A stretch of 64,000 nt of DNA from an uncultured Pseudomonadales bacterium (GCA_964406075.1 CAYOQI010000004.1:57718-121717), one strand, 5' to 3'; shown: positions 17,436-29,789, counted from the first letter of the stretch. Notes: generated from the letters alone by a model not told the origin. Numbers and translations: made by a program.

Positions 17436-18788
17436 GTGCTAAAGTACCAAAATCTTGCTTTTTTTTCTTACATTGGAAAATATTCTAAAAAATGGGACTA
17501 TGTCTCATTCATTCTGCTTGCAACTTGCCTGTTTCTAGCTCCTAGTAACCTTTTTCTCAAGTTGCTTCCAAACACCGGCTACGTAAACAATCTGCAAATC
17601 GATTATTTGATCCCAAAACTGCATCTCTCTTTCCTTTTCCTCTTACTTTTTGTAATCACAAGACTACCAGTTATACTATTTAAATTTAACAAATCTTCTC
17701 AAGTATTTAAAAAAAATAAGTATTGGCTATTAGGACTGACGACACTTTTCATTCACCAATGCTTTGCCGTCTTCCCTATGGTTGCATTGTGGACCTTTAT
17801 TAGCCTGGTCATTTTTCTGTTATTTTATCGAACTGCTACTCTTTTTTTGGATACACTTTCTGACGCAAAAAAACAGCTCTTTATCTGGGTGCTGTACATT
17901 ACTCTGTTCTTTCAAGCAGGACTCGGAACATTTCAGTTTGTAACCCAACGATCACTTGGAGGATTTTTATTCTTAGGAGAAACAACATTACGCAACCAAC
18001 CGTATTTAGCCCGAGGAGATTTTTACTTCATTGATTCAATTGTAGGAACTAGTTTTGGGCAACGAGTACTCCCTTACGGCACATTACCTCATCCCAATGT
18101 CTTGGCAGGATTTTTGGCTGTAGGAATGGTTGTGCTTTTTTATCGATTAACAATAAATAACTGGCTCAAAAGTTTGTTGATGCTCCCACTACTGGTGACG
18201 TTATTCTTAACACTCTCTATCTCAGCTTGGATGACACTCTTACTCGGTTTGCTATCTCTATATTTCAAAAAAACGGCTCTTTTTCAGAGCAAATCTATCT
18301 GGTTCGCTATTTTAGGAGTCTTTTTTCTGATTCCAGTACTTCTTGGAATTTCTCAGCCAAAGGCTGATCAGCCTTTGGCTGAGAATTTATTTCTGAGGTC
18401 TTGGTCATCTAATACTTCAATCACTCGTCGAGTTATTTTAAATGAAGTTGCTCTTAAAGAACTCGCTTTCCAACCAGTATTTGGAGTGGGATTTAATCAC
18501 TTCACAGTCTTTGTAGAAAGATTCCAACCATCTTCAGAAGTCGTCGCTTTTGTCCAACCAGCGCATCACGTGGGACTCTTGATGTTGGCAGAACTTGGAA
18601 TTCTTGGTACAGGATTAATCTTGAGGTTAATGAAAAAGATAATGAAGCTGGATCGCCAATCAGTCTTGTTTCTGGCTATTTTGTTCTTACCCATTGCTTC
18701 GCTTGATCACTATCTCTTCACCTTAATTCAAGGGTGGTGGCTGGTAGTAATTGCTTGTTTATTTCTCAGTTCTGAGAAGAAAACTTAA
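17436..18788 (+). CDS. O-antigen ligase/polymerase-like (Wzy_C family) polytopic membrane protein
   Basis: 450 aa with about 10-12 helices. The loop LPYGTLPHPNVLAGFLAVG and the FGVGFNHF motif are typical of WaaL/Wzy_C-type proteins. The start is GTG. Confidence 0.65.
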   Translation: MLKYQNLAFFSYIGKYSKKWDYVSFILLATCLFLAPSNLFLKLLPNTGYVNNLQIDYLIPKLHLSFLFLLLFVITRLPVILFKFNKSSQVFKKNKYWLLGLTTLFIHQCFAVFPMVALWTFISLVIFLLFYRTATLFLDTLSDAKKQLFIWVLYITLFFQAGLGTFQFVTQRSLGGFLFLGETTLRNQPYLARGDFYFIDSIVGTSFGQRVLPYGTLPHPNVLAGFLAVGMVVLFYRLTINNWLKSLLMLPLLVTLFLTLSISAWMTLLLGLLSLYFKKTALFQSKSIWFAILGVFFLIPVLLGISQPKADQPLAENLFLRSWSSNTSITRRVILNEVALKELAFQPVFGVGFNHFTVFVERFQPSSEVVAFVQPAHHVGLLMLAELGILGTGLILRLMKKIMKLDRQSVLFLAILFLPIASLDHYLFTLIQGWWLVVIACLFLSSEKKT

Positions 18789-18791
18789 ACT

Positions 18792-20627
18792 CTACATCTC
18801 CTCAACAGTTTGAATTCCGAGTAAGCGTAACCCTTCACCAATCACTTCTTTCGTGGCTCGAACGATATTTAGACGCAACCAGGTTTGAGGAGTGAGTTCT
18901 TTTTTATCTAACGCTTCTCCCAAAATCGTGTGCTTGTTGTAGAAGGTATTGAAAAGCTGAGCTGTTTGATAAAGATACGTGCAGAGATGATGTGGTTCGT
19001 ACAGATCAGCTGATTGTTCGACTACCTCTCCAAACTGACTTAGTTTTTGAAGTAACTCGATTTCTTCCGGTTGAAGTAACTTTGCTACTTCACGCTCACT
19101 AGAAAAATCATTCAAATCATCAAACCAAGCTTGATTAAGAGATTTTTCTAACTCGATGAATTTCTTGAGCACGCTAATCGTTCGGACATAGACATACTGC
19201 AGATATGGACCGGAGTTGCCTTCCATACTTAAGATTTCATCCCAATCAAATACCACATCGAGATGTGAAGCTCGCTTCAAGTCATTCCATTTTAATGCTC
19301 CAATTGCCACTGCCTGGACTGAGGCATGATTAACTTTTGAACTCTTCTCACTTGAACCTTGAACCTTAAACCTTTCCCCTGCCCTCTTCTTCGCTTCTTC
19401 AATCACATCATTTAGCCAAATTACATTGCCTTTTCGAGTCGACATCTTTACATCTTTAAAACGAAACATGCCATGTTTGACGTGCACTCTCTGCCCTGGC
19501 TTATACCAACCGAGCAACTCTTCAATTTTATACAGTTGTCGAAAATAAAACTCTTGCTCAGCTCCTACTTCATTGATGACCAATACATCCTCACCATACT
19601 GTTTCAATCGGAACTTATCAGTCGCCAAATCACGAGTGGCATAGAGGGTTGAGCCATCTTTTTTGAGAATCATGAGCGGAGCCAACTCTTCGTTAGGGAA
19701 AAAGAATAATTGAGCACCTTCTTTTCCATCCTTGAGGAATTTTGAAGATTTTAACTCAGATACTACCTCTGACATTTTGTCCTCAAAGTATGATTCACCG
19801 TACCCTTTTCCATTATTCTCGGTAAAATGTACATTCAATTGGGCATAGATCCGATCGAACTCTTTCCAAGACCAATCGATGCATTTTTGCCACAATTCTC
19901 GTGCTTCTATATCACCATCTTCCAGCTTTTTAAACCATGCTCGCCCTTCGTCTTCGAATTCAGGATTTTTTTCAGCTTCATCATGAAATTTGATATATAA
20001 ATCAACCAAGTCTTTGACCGGGTTTTCTGATTTTTCTATGGCCTCTAAGTCTCCCCATTTTTTGATTGCCACGATTAACTTCCCAAACTGTGTTCCCCAG
20101 TCACCCAGATGATTGTCTCGAAACACTTGATAACCTGTAGCATCTAATACATTTGCAACCGCATCACCGATGATAGTTGAACGTAGGTGACCAATAGTAA
20201 ATGGCTTAGCAATGTTGGGTGAGGAAAACTCTACGATGACTTTTTTGCCAGCATTTTTCTTTCTCGTCACCTTTCCTTCTTTTTGAATCAACTCGCCCAT
20301 TTCTGCCACATAAAAATCTTTAGACACAAAAAAATTAATGAACCCGGGTCCGGCTACTTGAATATCTGAGATTAGTGATTGGAGGTGGGAACTTTGAATC
20401 TCTTTTTTTAGTTCAACAACTAAAGCTTCAGCAAGTTGTCGTGGATTTTGAAACCTGTTCTCTGATCTCTGATCTTTGATTCCTTGTAGTGCTAAATTTG
20501 TGGTCCAATCTCCAAACCCACTTCGAGTAGGTCGATCAAGTTGAATTTCTAGTTTTTCTGAAAAGCCGAGCGCCGACAAACTGTTTTTAAGTGAGTGAAT
20601 GATGTGGTCTTGAGTTGCAGTAGACAT
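18792..20627 (-). CDS. argS: arginyl-tRNA synthetase
   Basis: It carries SSPNIAKPFTIGHLRSTIIGD (class I HIGH region of ArgRS), MSTRKG (a KMSKS variant) and a C-terminal anticodon-binding region ending in M. Length is 611 aa. Confidence 0.9.
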   Translation of the reverse strand: MSTATQDHIIHSLKNSLSALGFSEKLEIQLDRPTRSGFGDWTTNLALQGIKDQRSENRFQNPRQLAEALVVELKKEIQSSHLQSLISDIQVAGPGFINFFVSKDFYVAEMGELIQKEGKVTRKKNAGKKVIVEFSSPNIAKPFTIGHLRSTIIGDAVANVLDATGYQVFRDNHLGDWGTQFGKLIVAIKKWGDLEAIEKSENPVKDLVDLYIKFHDEAEKNPEFEDEGRAWFKKLEDGDIEARELWQKCIDWSWKEFDRIYAQLNVHFTENNGKGYGESYFEDKMSEVVSELKSSKFLKDGKEGAQLFFFPNEELAPLMILKKDGSTLYATRDLATDKFRLKQYGEDVLVINEVGAEQEFYFRQLYKIEELLGWYKPGQRVHVKHGMFRFKDVKMSTRKGNVIWLNDVIEEAKKRAGERFKVQGSSEKSSKVNHASVQAVAIGALKWNDLKRASHLDVVFDWDEILSMEGNSGPYLQYVYVRTISVLKKFIELEKSLNQAWFDDLNDFSSEREVAKLLQPEEIELLQKLSQFGEVVEQSADLYEPHHLCTYLYQTAQLFNTFYNKHTILGEALDKKELTPQTWLRLNIVRATKEVIGEGLRLLGIQTVEEM

Positions 20628-21834
20628 ATGCTTGAGTAAATTAAATTAGTTGTATTGTATACCACCATAGGTTTCTCTTCATCTCAGTAACTTTCTATAT
20701 AAAAACTTGGAAGTTATCACTACTGTAGTTTGTTAACAAATGAGATGAACAAACACTGTTCGCTTTTTATTCGTTCTTTTCACTTATTTACTCTACCCCT
20801 ACTTTTTACTTGAACAGAGCGATTTCTTTTTGTTTCCATTTGATTTTTAATTTCTTTTTAACTAATTATTATTTTAATTAAATAGTAATTTTAAATTGAT
20901 ATTTCCACTCTTTTTAATACAATAAAATGTATTCAATAATTTAAATTAGAAAATATATTCGTGTTTAGTTTGGAGAATGAAAAAAATGACAATTTTGGAG
21001 TTTTTTTTATTATTGAATCTTCACGAAAGTATTTCTCACCGAAAAAACTTCGATGTCCGATTATTTTCAACAAACACAACCAGTGTTTTCTTCACTCGCC
21101 AGGCAATTATCATTTCTCATTGAATATTCTCTCCAGGCGTAAAGTTCTCCACGAGCTACACGCTGAATTCGTTTTAGATTGATTGATCAATGCAATATTG
21201 TTTCTGTATTCTTCGGTTTATTTAACCATCAATTTACAGCAACTTGATCAAGAGAGGACTGATCCAGCAATCTTTTTTACCACACATTTAGTTAGCACTC
21301 GGTAAGAATACTGCTAGTTTTAGCCATTGTGATTTCTCCTCAAGAGGATTGATGTCTACACGTTTCAATATCTTTAAATATTTCAGTGTTTATCATCATA
21401 GAACTCGAGATAATTAGAACTCGAACGATATAACCTTCAAAAATATTCTGAATTAGATGTACATAGTGACATGATCTGTTTATTCAGAGACAAAATCAGG
21501 AAATTAATCTCACAATACTCTCCTGTTTACTCAAGTTCACCTATGTTTGATGTGATCTCTGTTTTCACTACAGATTTCTTAAGTTGTAACTACCATTGCA
21601 GTTGAGAATAAGCTTCATGTTTCCCTCAAGAAAAACCTCTAAGTTCCATTTCATATTACGTCTACTCGAGGGGAAATCTAAAATGAGGAGTGCTACATGT
21701 GCTGACCAACTCATAAAGATGCCGAAATTGGGCAAATGACAGGGTTGGTATCTCTGCACATTTCATAAAAAATTATTGAGGAAGAATGCATTCCAGTGAG
21801 GATTTAAAATCAGTGATGAATGATCTACTTTTTC

Positions 21835-22746
21835 TTACTTTTCTCGAGAAGGTTTGACTTCATACCCTCTTCCATCACTGATAATTTCAATGTGTCCATG
21901 TTGGCTTGTTGTGTATATTTTGATATTTCTATATCGAAGTATATCAATTACTCGAGTGTGAGGATGCCCAAAACTATTGTTTTTGCCCACTCCCATCAAT
22001 GCAGTTTCGGGTCTGGATGCCATGATGAATTCCTCATGTGTTGAGTTTTTAGAGCCGTGGTGGGATACTTTTATTACATCGATGTCCTTTATCACATGCT
22101 CTCTTGTTAGTGATAACTCAATCTCACTACTGATGTCACCAGCAGACAGCATCCTGAACTCCCCATATCCCACATAGCCAGATACAGAAAGGTCATTATC
22201 ATTTTTTTTACCTTTGTTTTTTACCATTCGATTTGGGTCTTGTTCTTGTTCGGTCTTTTTAAAAACAGAAATATCTTCTACCTCTGGCCAGATACTTAGA
22301 AAAGTCACGTCCGTTTCTCCATTTTCAATGGTTATTTTCTTTCCTTGAGTAAGTGTATGAGTCTCTATCTGGTATTTTTTTATTATTTCTTCAATTGCTT
22401 TACTGAGTTCTGTGGGCTCCCATGGTGGATTGCGAAAAATAACACCAACTTTATATGAAGTAACTATCGATTTAATCCCCGCAGCATGATCTGCATCATC
22501 ATGCGTTAATACTATTACTTCAATATTCCTGTCCCAAAATGGCATGAATTCCCCAAGACAGTCCAATACAGCGTCACTTGGTCCGGTATCAATCAATAGT
22601 TGATGAAAATGCAGATTGATAAGTATCGCATCTCCTTGGCCGACATCACACATGACCACATGAAGTTTATCATCAGGCCACTTCCACCAAATTAAAAAAA
22701 ACAGAAGTATTAATCCAATCAATAGTACATACAGAGCCTTTTTCAT
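21835..22746 (-). CDS. metallo-beta-lactamase fold protein corresponding to the ComEC C-terminal domain (split ComEC)
   Basis: An N-terminal TM segment is followed by VMCDVGQGDAILI, LTHDDADHAAG (HxHxDH-like) and VSHHGSKNS. Its start overlaps the stop of the comEC core gene by 4 nt. Confidence 0.8.
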   Translation of the reverse strand: MKKALYVLLIGLILLFFLIWWKWPDDKLHVVMCDVGQGDAILINLHFHQLLIDTGPSDAVLDCLGEFMPFWDRNIEVIVLTHDDADHAAGIKSIVTSYKVGVIFRNPPWEPTELSKAIEEIIKKYQIETHTLTQGKKITIENGETDVTFLSIWPEVEDISVFKKTEQEQDPNRMVKNKGKKNDNDLSVSGYVGYGEFRMLSAGDISSEIELSLTREHVIKDIDVIKVSHHGSKNSTHEEFIMASRPETALMGVGKNNSFGHPHTRVIDILRYRNIKIYTTSQHGHIEIISDGRGYEVKPSREK

Positions 22747-24254
22747 TTTGGTCTTTTATTAAATTGACGATGAAAGTAGAAAATTGAGAAAATTATTAAT
22801 CCATACACAATCACCATTTGCCTCCCAGTTACTGTAAACACCACACTTGCCCATTTTGGACTGCTAAAAATTTCCACCAACTCAAAAAATACAAATAATA
22901 TTGAATCACAGACCAAACCTAGTGCTTTAGCTAAAAAAGGATGGATAAGCCAAGATCCAACGATGATCACGCCAAAAGCCATCAAAATCGGTATAAATAG
23001 TAGTAAGACTGAGTTAGCTACAACTGAAATGAGGCTTAACCGCTCAAAGTGATACACAATTAAAGGAGTGGTGAGTAGTAATGCTGAAATGGTTGCAAAA
23101 AGATTTTCTTTGATGGAGTCAAAAAGGAACTTGCCATTCAATGACGTTGTTTTAAAGTTGAACTTCGCAAAAAATGTTTCAATGAGTGGTGAGATCCAAA
23201 TTAAACCGGCTGTTGCTAAAACTGAAAGTTGAAACGAGATTTCAAAAAGGAACCATGGATTCCATAATAAGAGTATCAAAATGGTTAACCAGAATGCCCA
23301 ACTCGTTTTTTGTTGACGTCCATATAGTTGTGATATGAGAACCACACTAATCATTAATGTCGCTCTGACAATCGGAGCTGTGAGTCCTCCAATAAATGCA
23401 TAGATCCAAATGAAAATGAGTGCAACAATTCTCCGCATTCTAAAACTGAGAAATAACTGAGTAAGCGAAAGAAGACTTGTGCTTACCACCATGACGTTGT
23501 ATCCTGATGCAACCAAAATATGAGTCATACCTACTATTTGGAATTGATCAGCACGATTTTGAGGCAAATTATCGTCGCCTCCAAAAACGACACCATAAAT
23601 AAAAGCTGCATGGGTCGGTAAAAGACTTTCGTTAAAAATTTTTCGTAACCACGTCTTGTTTTTCTCTCTCCAGGCTAAAAAGTGCCCTTCAACATATAAA
23701 CCCGAATCAGCGGAGTGATTTTTAACTTCAATTTCCTTTGAAATCAATCTAATTTGACACACAAATTTTTCTATCATTTGAGGACTATTACTGCCATCCT
23801 CCAACTCAGTATTTGTACTATTCTTACTACCCATTTTTAGCCTGGTACTATCACTACTGGTTGACGTTATTTCACTTGAGCTAATTGAGTGAAATACATT
23901 CTTTTTTTCTTCTACTTGAACTGTAATCAAGAGATCACTCAAAACTGTTGGATTTTCTAAGTCTTCAGAACTTTGTATCTGATACTGAGGAATTGTAAGG
24001 AACATCGCTCCTTTTCTTACGTAATACCCACCATGCTTACTCTGTTTTAGTTCCGAAGTATTTGCAGTAATCACAAAAGTGCTTCCGATTTCCTTTTCAC
24101 GACAGTATTCAGTTAACTGAATTAGGTGCAATAATATAAAAGATGTAATAAGCATCAATATGGATCTAAATGCATACTTTCGTAACGTGCTTCGTCGTCG
24201 TAATTCGTCCGTGAAATGAGTAACTTCTGGAGTTAATTGCCTTGAATGGCTCAT
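22743..24254 (-). CDS. comEC: ComEC/Rec2 DNA-uptake channel (N-terminal and Competence domains only)
   Basis: 503 aa. The polytopic C-terminal half carries GMTHILVASGYNVMVV, the competence-domain signature. It overlaps comEA by 4 nt. Confidence 0.8.
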   Translation of the reverse strand: MSHSRQLTPEVTHFTDELRRRSTLRKYAFRSILMLITSFILLHLIQLTEYCREKEIGSTFVITANTSELKQSKHGGYYVRKGAMFLTIPQYQIQSSEDLENPTVLSDLLITVQVEEKKNVFHSISSSEITSTSSDSTRLKMGSKNSTNTELEDGSNSPQMIEKFVCQIRLISKEIEVKNHSADSGLYVEGHFLAWREKNKTWLRKIFNESLLPTHAAFIYGVVFGGDDNLPQNRADQFQIVGMTHILVASGYNVMVVSTSLLSLTQLFLSFRMRRIVALIFIWIYAFIGGLTAPIVRATLMISVVLISQLYGRQQKTSWAFWLTILILLLWNPWFLFEISFQLSVLATAGLIWISPLIETFFAKFNFKTTSLNGKFLFDSIKENLFATISALLLTTPLIVYHFERLSLISVVANSVLLLFIPILMAFGVIIVGSWLIHPFLAKALGLVCDSILFVFFELVEIFSSPKWASVVFTVTGRQMVIVYGLIIFSIFYFHRQFNKRPK

Positions 24255-24865
24255 AAAGAAATCTGGTCTTTAATTTTTTGAAAAATACTTTCAGACAGAA
24301 CTTTCTTAGAAACTAACTCTTCAATCGAAGAATATGGGCGGTTTTCGATAATATTATTCGCTCTCGACTCACCAACACCTTCCAATGTATCAAGTTCCCC
24401 TAGTGTTGCAGAGTTAATACTAATTTTGGAAGAGTTTTTTTGAATAGAGCTCTGACGAGCTGACTCGGAGGAAGATGGAATATAAATTTTCTGTTGATCT
24501 TGAATGACTTCAGCCAAATTGATTTGCTGGGCAATATAAACAGCATCTGCATGAGAATTCCACCCACCAGCAAGTGCAATTGCATCTTTTACTCGACTAC
24601 CTTCAGACAAAGTATATACTCCTGGTTTTTGGACTGCGCCACTTATATCCACTGTTATTTTACTTGTGACTTGAGTGCTTATTTCCTCTTTCACATCTGT
24701 ATCAGTAACAGTAATACTGTCATTCGTTGATCCAACAGCCCTGAGTTGTACAAAACCGAATCCAAATCCGCCTAAGCCAAGCAGGATGAGCAAAAGAGAC
24801 CAGATCGGAGGGAGGGTTGAAAAGAATGAAGAGGACGGATGAACAGAATCACCAGAATCTTCCAT
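24251..24865 (-). CDS. comEA: ComEA DNA receptor (TM + SLBB + helix-hairpin-helix)
   Basis: A TM anchor is followed by VQKPGVYTLSEGSRVKDAIALAGG (SLBB-like) and a C-terminal INSATLGELDTLEGVGESRANNIIENRPYSSIEEL (HhH_3). Confidence 0.8.
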   Translation of the reverse strand: MEDSGDSVHPSSSFFSTLPPIWSLLLILLGLGGFGFGFVQLRAVGSTNDSITVTDTDVKEEISTQVTSKITVDISGAVQKPGVYTLSEGSRVKDAIALAGGWNSHADAVYIAQQINLAEVIQDQQKIYIPSSSESARQSSIQKNSSKISINSATLGELDTLEGVGESRANNIIENRPYSSIEELVSKKVLSESIFQKIKDQISL

Positions 24866-24903
24866 TCATTCATGAAACAGAATTTACTTACAAAAGTCAA
24901 ACA

Positions 24904-27366
24904 TTAATTCACAACAATGCTTAAGATCTTATTGGGAATATAGATAATTTTTTGAATATCACCTTCCAGCCACTTTACTAACTTGTCATCACCTTTTGCT
25001 TTCTCCAAGATCAATTCTTGAGTCAAAGACTCACTGGTATTGATCTCTAAAGCGCCACGAATTTTCCCGTTTATTTGAACTGCTACTCTAGCCGTATCTA
25101 ATGAAAGTAAACCCTGGTCAGCTTGTGGCCAAACACCTAAGTGAATTGAGCTCGATGCTGGATTGACAGTACGCCAAAGTTCTTCAGCCATAAATGGCGC
25201 GAAGGGTGCCAGCAGTTTTAAAAACATGTTTATCTCGTTTTTAGAGAGTGAGTTTGGGGCTTTTTCCCACTCATTGACGCACTCCATCATCATCGCAATT
25301 GCAGTATTAAATTTGAGCTCTGTAATGTCTTTGGAGACTTTTGCCACTGTTTGATGAAGCTTCCGTACAACCAATTTCTCAGAAGTTTTATCGCTATCTT
25401 CTTGAGAAAGTGTCCAATTTTTAACCAATGAATAGATACGATGGAGAAAACGATATATACCAACCACTGAGCTCGTACTCCATGGTTTATCGGCCTCGAT
25501 TGGCCCCATAAACATCTCATACACCCGTAAAGTATCTGCTCCATACTTCTCGATAATCTCGTCTGGATTGATAACATTTCCTTTACTCTTACTCATCTTC
25601 TTTCCATCTGGACCTAAGATCATTCCTTGATGTCGCATCTTCATAAATGGTTCATCAAACTCTAGGTATCCTTCATCTCTGAGGAACTTGGTAAAAAATC
25701 TCGAGTAGAGTAAGTGAAGCACGATATGCTCTGGGCCAATCATGTAGAGATCAACTGGCAACCACTTTTTAATTTGATCAGAAGAAGAAAATTCTTGAGT
25801 ATTTCGTGAATCGACATACCTCAAGAAGTACCAAGATGAATCCACAAAAGTGTCCATCGTGTCGTACTCTGGTCTCCACCCTTTTCCATAGAGTTTTTCA
25901 GTTCTTTCAATAAATTCCTTCGAGTACGTTAATGGCGACTCCCCGGTTGGTTTAAACTCAACATCTGTGGGTAATAACCACGGTAAATGTTCTTCTTTGA
26001 CTGGATGTGGATTCCCCTCAGGGTCATAAACGACTGGGATTGGAGCACCCCAGTATCGCTGTCGAGAGATCAGCCAATCACGAAGTTTGTAAGTTGTTTG
26101 CCAAGAAGCATAACCGCTTGAAATCATCCACTCGGCCATTTCCTGCTTCCCTTCTTTCCATGCACTCTTCCCATCAAATTGAGCTGAGTTGATTAGTGTT
26201 CCTTCTCCCTCTGCAGACTTCTCTCCACTCGAGATCGCCTGATTGAGTTCTTTATCGTCATATGCAACAACTTGGAGAATATCGAGTTCATATTTTTTTG
26301 CAAATTCAAAATCTCGGCCATCATGGGCAGGTACACCCATAACGATAGCTGTTCCAACTCCCATTAAGACATAATCCGCAATAAACAAAGGGACGACTTT
26401 CCCATTCACTGGATTCACGACAGTTAAGCCAGTATCTACTCCAGATTTATCTTTATTTATTTTTCGTTCTTCCTCAGTTTTTTTCTTACTTTGACTTAAA
26501 TACTTCAGCACTGATGCTTTCCGTTGAGGCTTAACTTGATCCAACAGGCTCATCTGCTCAAACTGCTCTGGAGCAATAACAAGAAAGGTCACACCAAATA
26601 TAGTTTCCCAAAATTTAGTCCAAACCGTTAACTTCTCTTTTTCAGGCGTGTTTAATTGAAAATCGATGGCTAACCCCTTTGATTTACCAATCCAATTTAA
26701 TTGTTGCATTTTTGTTGCATTCGGCCAATCTACTTGATCAAGTCCGGAAATCAATTCATCTTGATACTTAGTAATCTTAAAAAACCATTGCTTCATGTCC
26801 TTCTGAATCACTTGACTTCCACATCGCTCACAATTGCCATTGACTACCTGCTCATTAGCCAAGACGGTTTGGCAAGAGGGACACCAATTTACCATCCCAG
26901 TTCCTTGATAGGCTAAGTCTTTTTTATACATTTGTAAAAATAACCATTGAGTCCACTTATAATACTCGGGGTGATTCGTGGCGAGTTCATTCGCCCAGTC
27001 GTAAGAAATTCCAATTCTTTTAATCTGTCGACGAAAAGTATTTATCGCATCCTTTGTGGTTTTTACCGGAGGGATTCCAGTTTTTATCGCATAGTTTTCC
27101 GCTGGCAAACCAAAGGCATCCCAGCCCACAGGGAAAAATACATCCTTCCCATTCATCCGATAATACCTCGCAAGAATGTCTAAAGCTGTTTTTGACTCAA
27201 CGTGACCGACATGTAAACCGGCTCCTGATGGATACGCAAATGCAAAAAGCAAATAGATCTTGTCTTTTATGGATGGCTTGGCTGAGTCTTGAAAGAAACC
27301 TTCTTTTTCCCAAGATTTCTGCCATTTTTCTTCTATCCTGATGTGATCATACATTGGTCGTGTCAT
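24904..27366 (-). CDS. leuS: leucyl-tRNA synthetase
   Basis: It has YPSGAGLHVGHV (HIGH), a CP1 editing domain and KMSKSKGN. Length is 820 aa. Confidence 0.95.
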   Translation of the reverse strand: MTRPMYDHIRIEEKWQKSWEKEGFFQDSAKPSIKDKIYLLFAFAYPSGAGLHVGHVESKTALDILARYYRMNGKDVFFPVGWDAFGLPAENYAIKTGIPPVKTTKDAINTFRRQIKRIGISYDWANELATNHPEYYKWTQWLFLQMYKKDLAYQGTGMVNWCPSCQTVLANEQVVNGNCERCGSQVIQKDMKQWFFKITKYQDELISGLDQVDWPNATKMQQLNWIGKSKGLAIDFQLNTPEKEKLTVWTKFWETIFGVTFLVIAPEQFEQMSLLDQVKPQRKASVLKYLSQSKKKTEEERKINKDKSGVDTGLTVVNPVNGKVVPLFIADYVLMGVGTAIVMGVPAHDGRDFEFAKKYELDILQVVAYDDKELNQAISSGEKSAEGEGTLINSAQFDGKSAWKEGKQEMAEWMISSGYASWQTTYKLRDWLISRQRYWGAPIPVVYDPEGNPHPVKEEHLPWLLPTDVEFKPTGESPLTYSKEFIERTEKLYGKGWRPEYDTMDTFVDSSWYFLRYVDSRNTQEFSSSDQIKKWLPVDLYMIGPEHIVLHLLYSRFFTKFLRDEGYLEFDEPFMKMRHQGMILGPDGKKMSKSKGNVINPDEIIEKYGADTLRVYEMFMGPIEADKPWSTSSVVGIYRFLHRIYSLVKNWTLSQEDSDKTSEKLVVRKLHQTVAKVSKDITELKFNTAIAMMMECVNEWEKAPNSLSKNEINMFLKLLAPFAPFMAEELWRTVNPASSSIHLGVWPQADQGLLSLDTARVAVQINGKIRGALEINTSESLTQELILEKAKGDDKLVKWLEGDIQKIIYIPNKILSIVVN

Positions 27367-27382
27367 ATGTTGCCTTTATAAA

Positions 27383-27426
27383 CAAAAAATCCCTCTAAGG
27401 GGATCTTTAAACATCTACTTATCCCC
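27383..27426 (-). promoter_or_regulatory. possible terminator/antiterminator (attenuator-like) element in the leuS leader
   Basis: The minus strand reads GGGGAT-aagtagatgtttaaag-ATCCCC-ttaga-GGGAT-TTTTTT, then GTTTATAAAGGCAACAT-ATG. ATCCC/GGGAT forms a terminator-like hairpin followed by T6 just before the RBS. The upstream GGGGAT could pair alternatively with ATCCCC. The stems are short (5-6 bp). Confidence 0.3.
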
Positions 27427-27948
27427 TGTTCTTAATTGTTAGGAAGAAGAAGCTGTTGATAAGAATGAATCATATTCATAACTTTGAGAAGTATATCACA
27501 TGCACAATAGGACATAGTAACCTTAATCTGAGATAAAAACCTTTTCACCAGAGTATTTTCCGAACCATATATAAATTACAGAGATATTAACTCACATTCA
27601 CCGCATAATTACCTCATAGCCTGTATAACTATCAACGCAGTACTCTTATTTTTACTATAAAGATCTCTTAGTACTACTATATATAGCTATATGCTCGTGT
27701 TCACATACTTTCACCAAGTGCCTGAGAAGATTCTTGCTAATTTTTTCACGAATAGATCGCGTCAATCGAAAATGATGCTGTTTTATACATATTGATATAC
27801 TTAGATGCATTTAGTTTTGATACGAAAATGACGCGACATTATCGCTCTGCAGTCAAGTTACCAGACAAGAAATTGTTTTCACTTCGAGATCGAAGTCATT
27901 GAATACCGCAAAATACAAAAGAATGTTAGGCAATTGAGGAGGATTTGG

Positions 27949-27974
27949 AAAAAATAAAGGTTTTATAAAAACCC
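27949..27974 (-). terminator. weak candidate terminator of the atp operon
   Basis: The minus strand reads GGTTTT-tat-AAAACC followed by TTTATTTTTT, about 107 nt downstream of the atpC stop. The stem is AT-rich and only 6 bp. Confidence 0.3.
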
Positions 27975-28080
27975 GTAACTGTAGAAGCCTAAATAGTTAA
28001 AAAGGATTGATCAATAAATATAATTTTGATATGTAAAAAATATAGCAGAACGAGTAAAGTACCGATCGAACTTGAGGGAA

Positions 28081-29789
<1,709 letters not shown>

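Noticed and set aside
20961-21759. ORFs 20961..21182 (+) and 21568..21759 (-) as genes in the 1.2-kb gap.
   Set aside because: Both are short and low-complexity, with no RBS or start context and no recognisable motif. The region is treated as non-coding pending searches.
27367-27720. A canonical T-box riboswitch upstream of leuS.
   Set aside because: Reading the minus strand, I found no AGGGUGGNACCGCG-like T-box sequence and no clear Stem I, specifier or GA-motif arrangement. Only a short terminator/antiterminator-like pairing is visible, and that is kept as a low-confidence feature.
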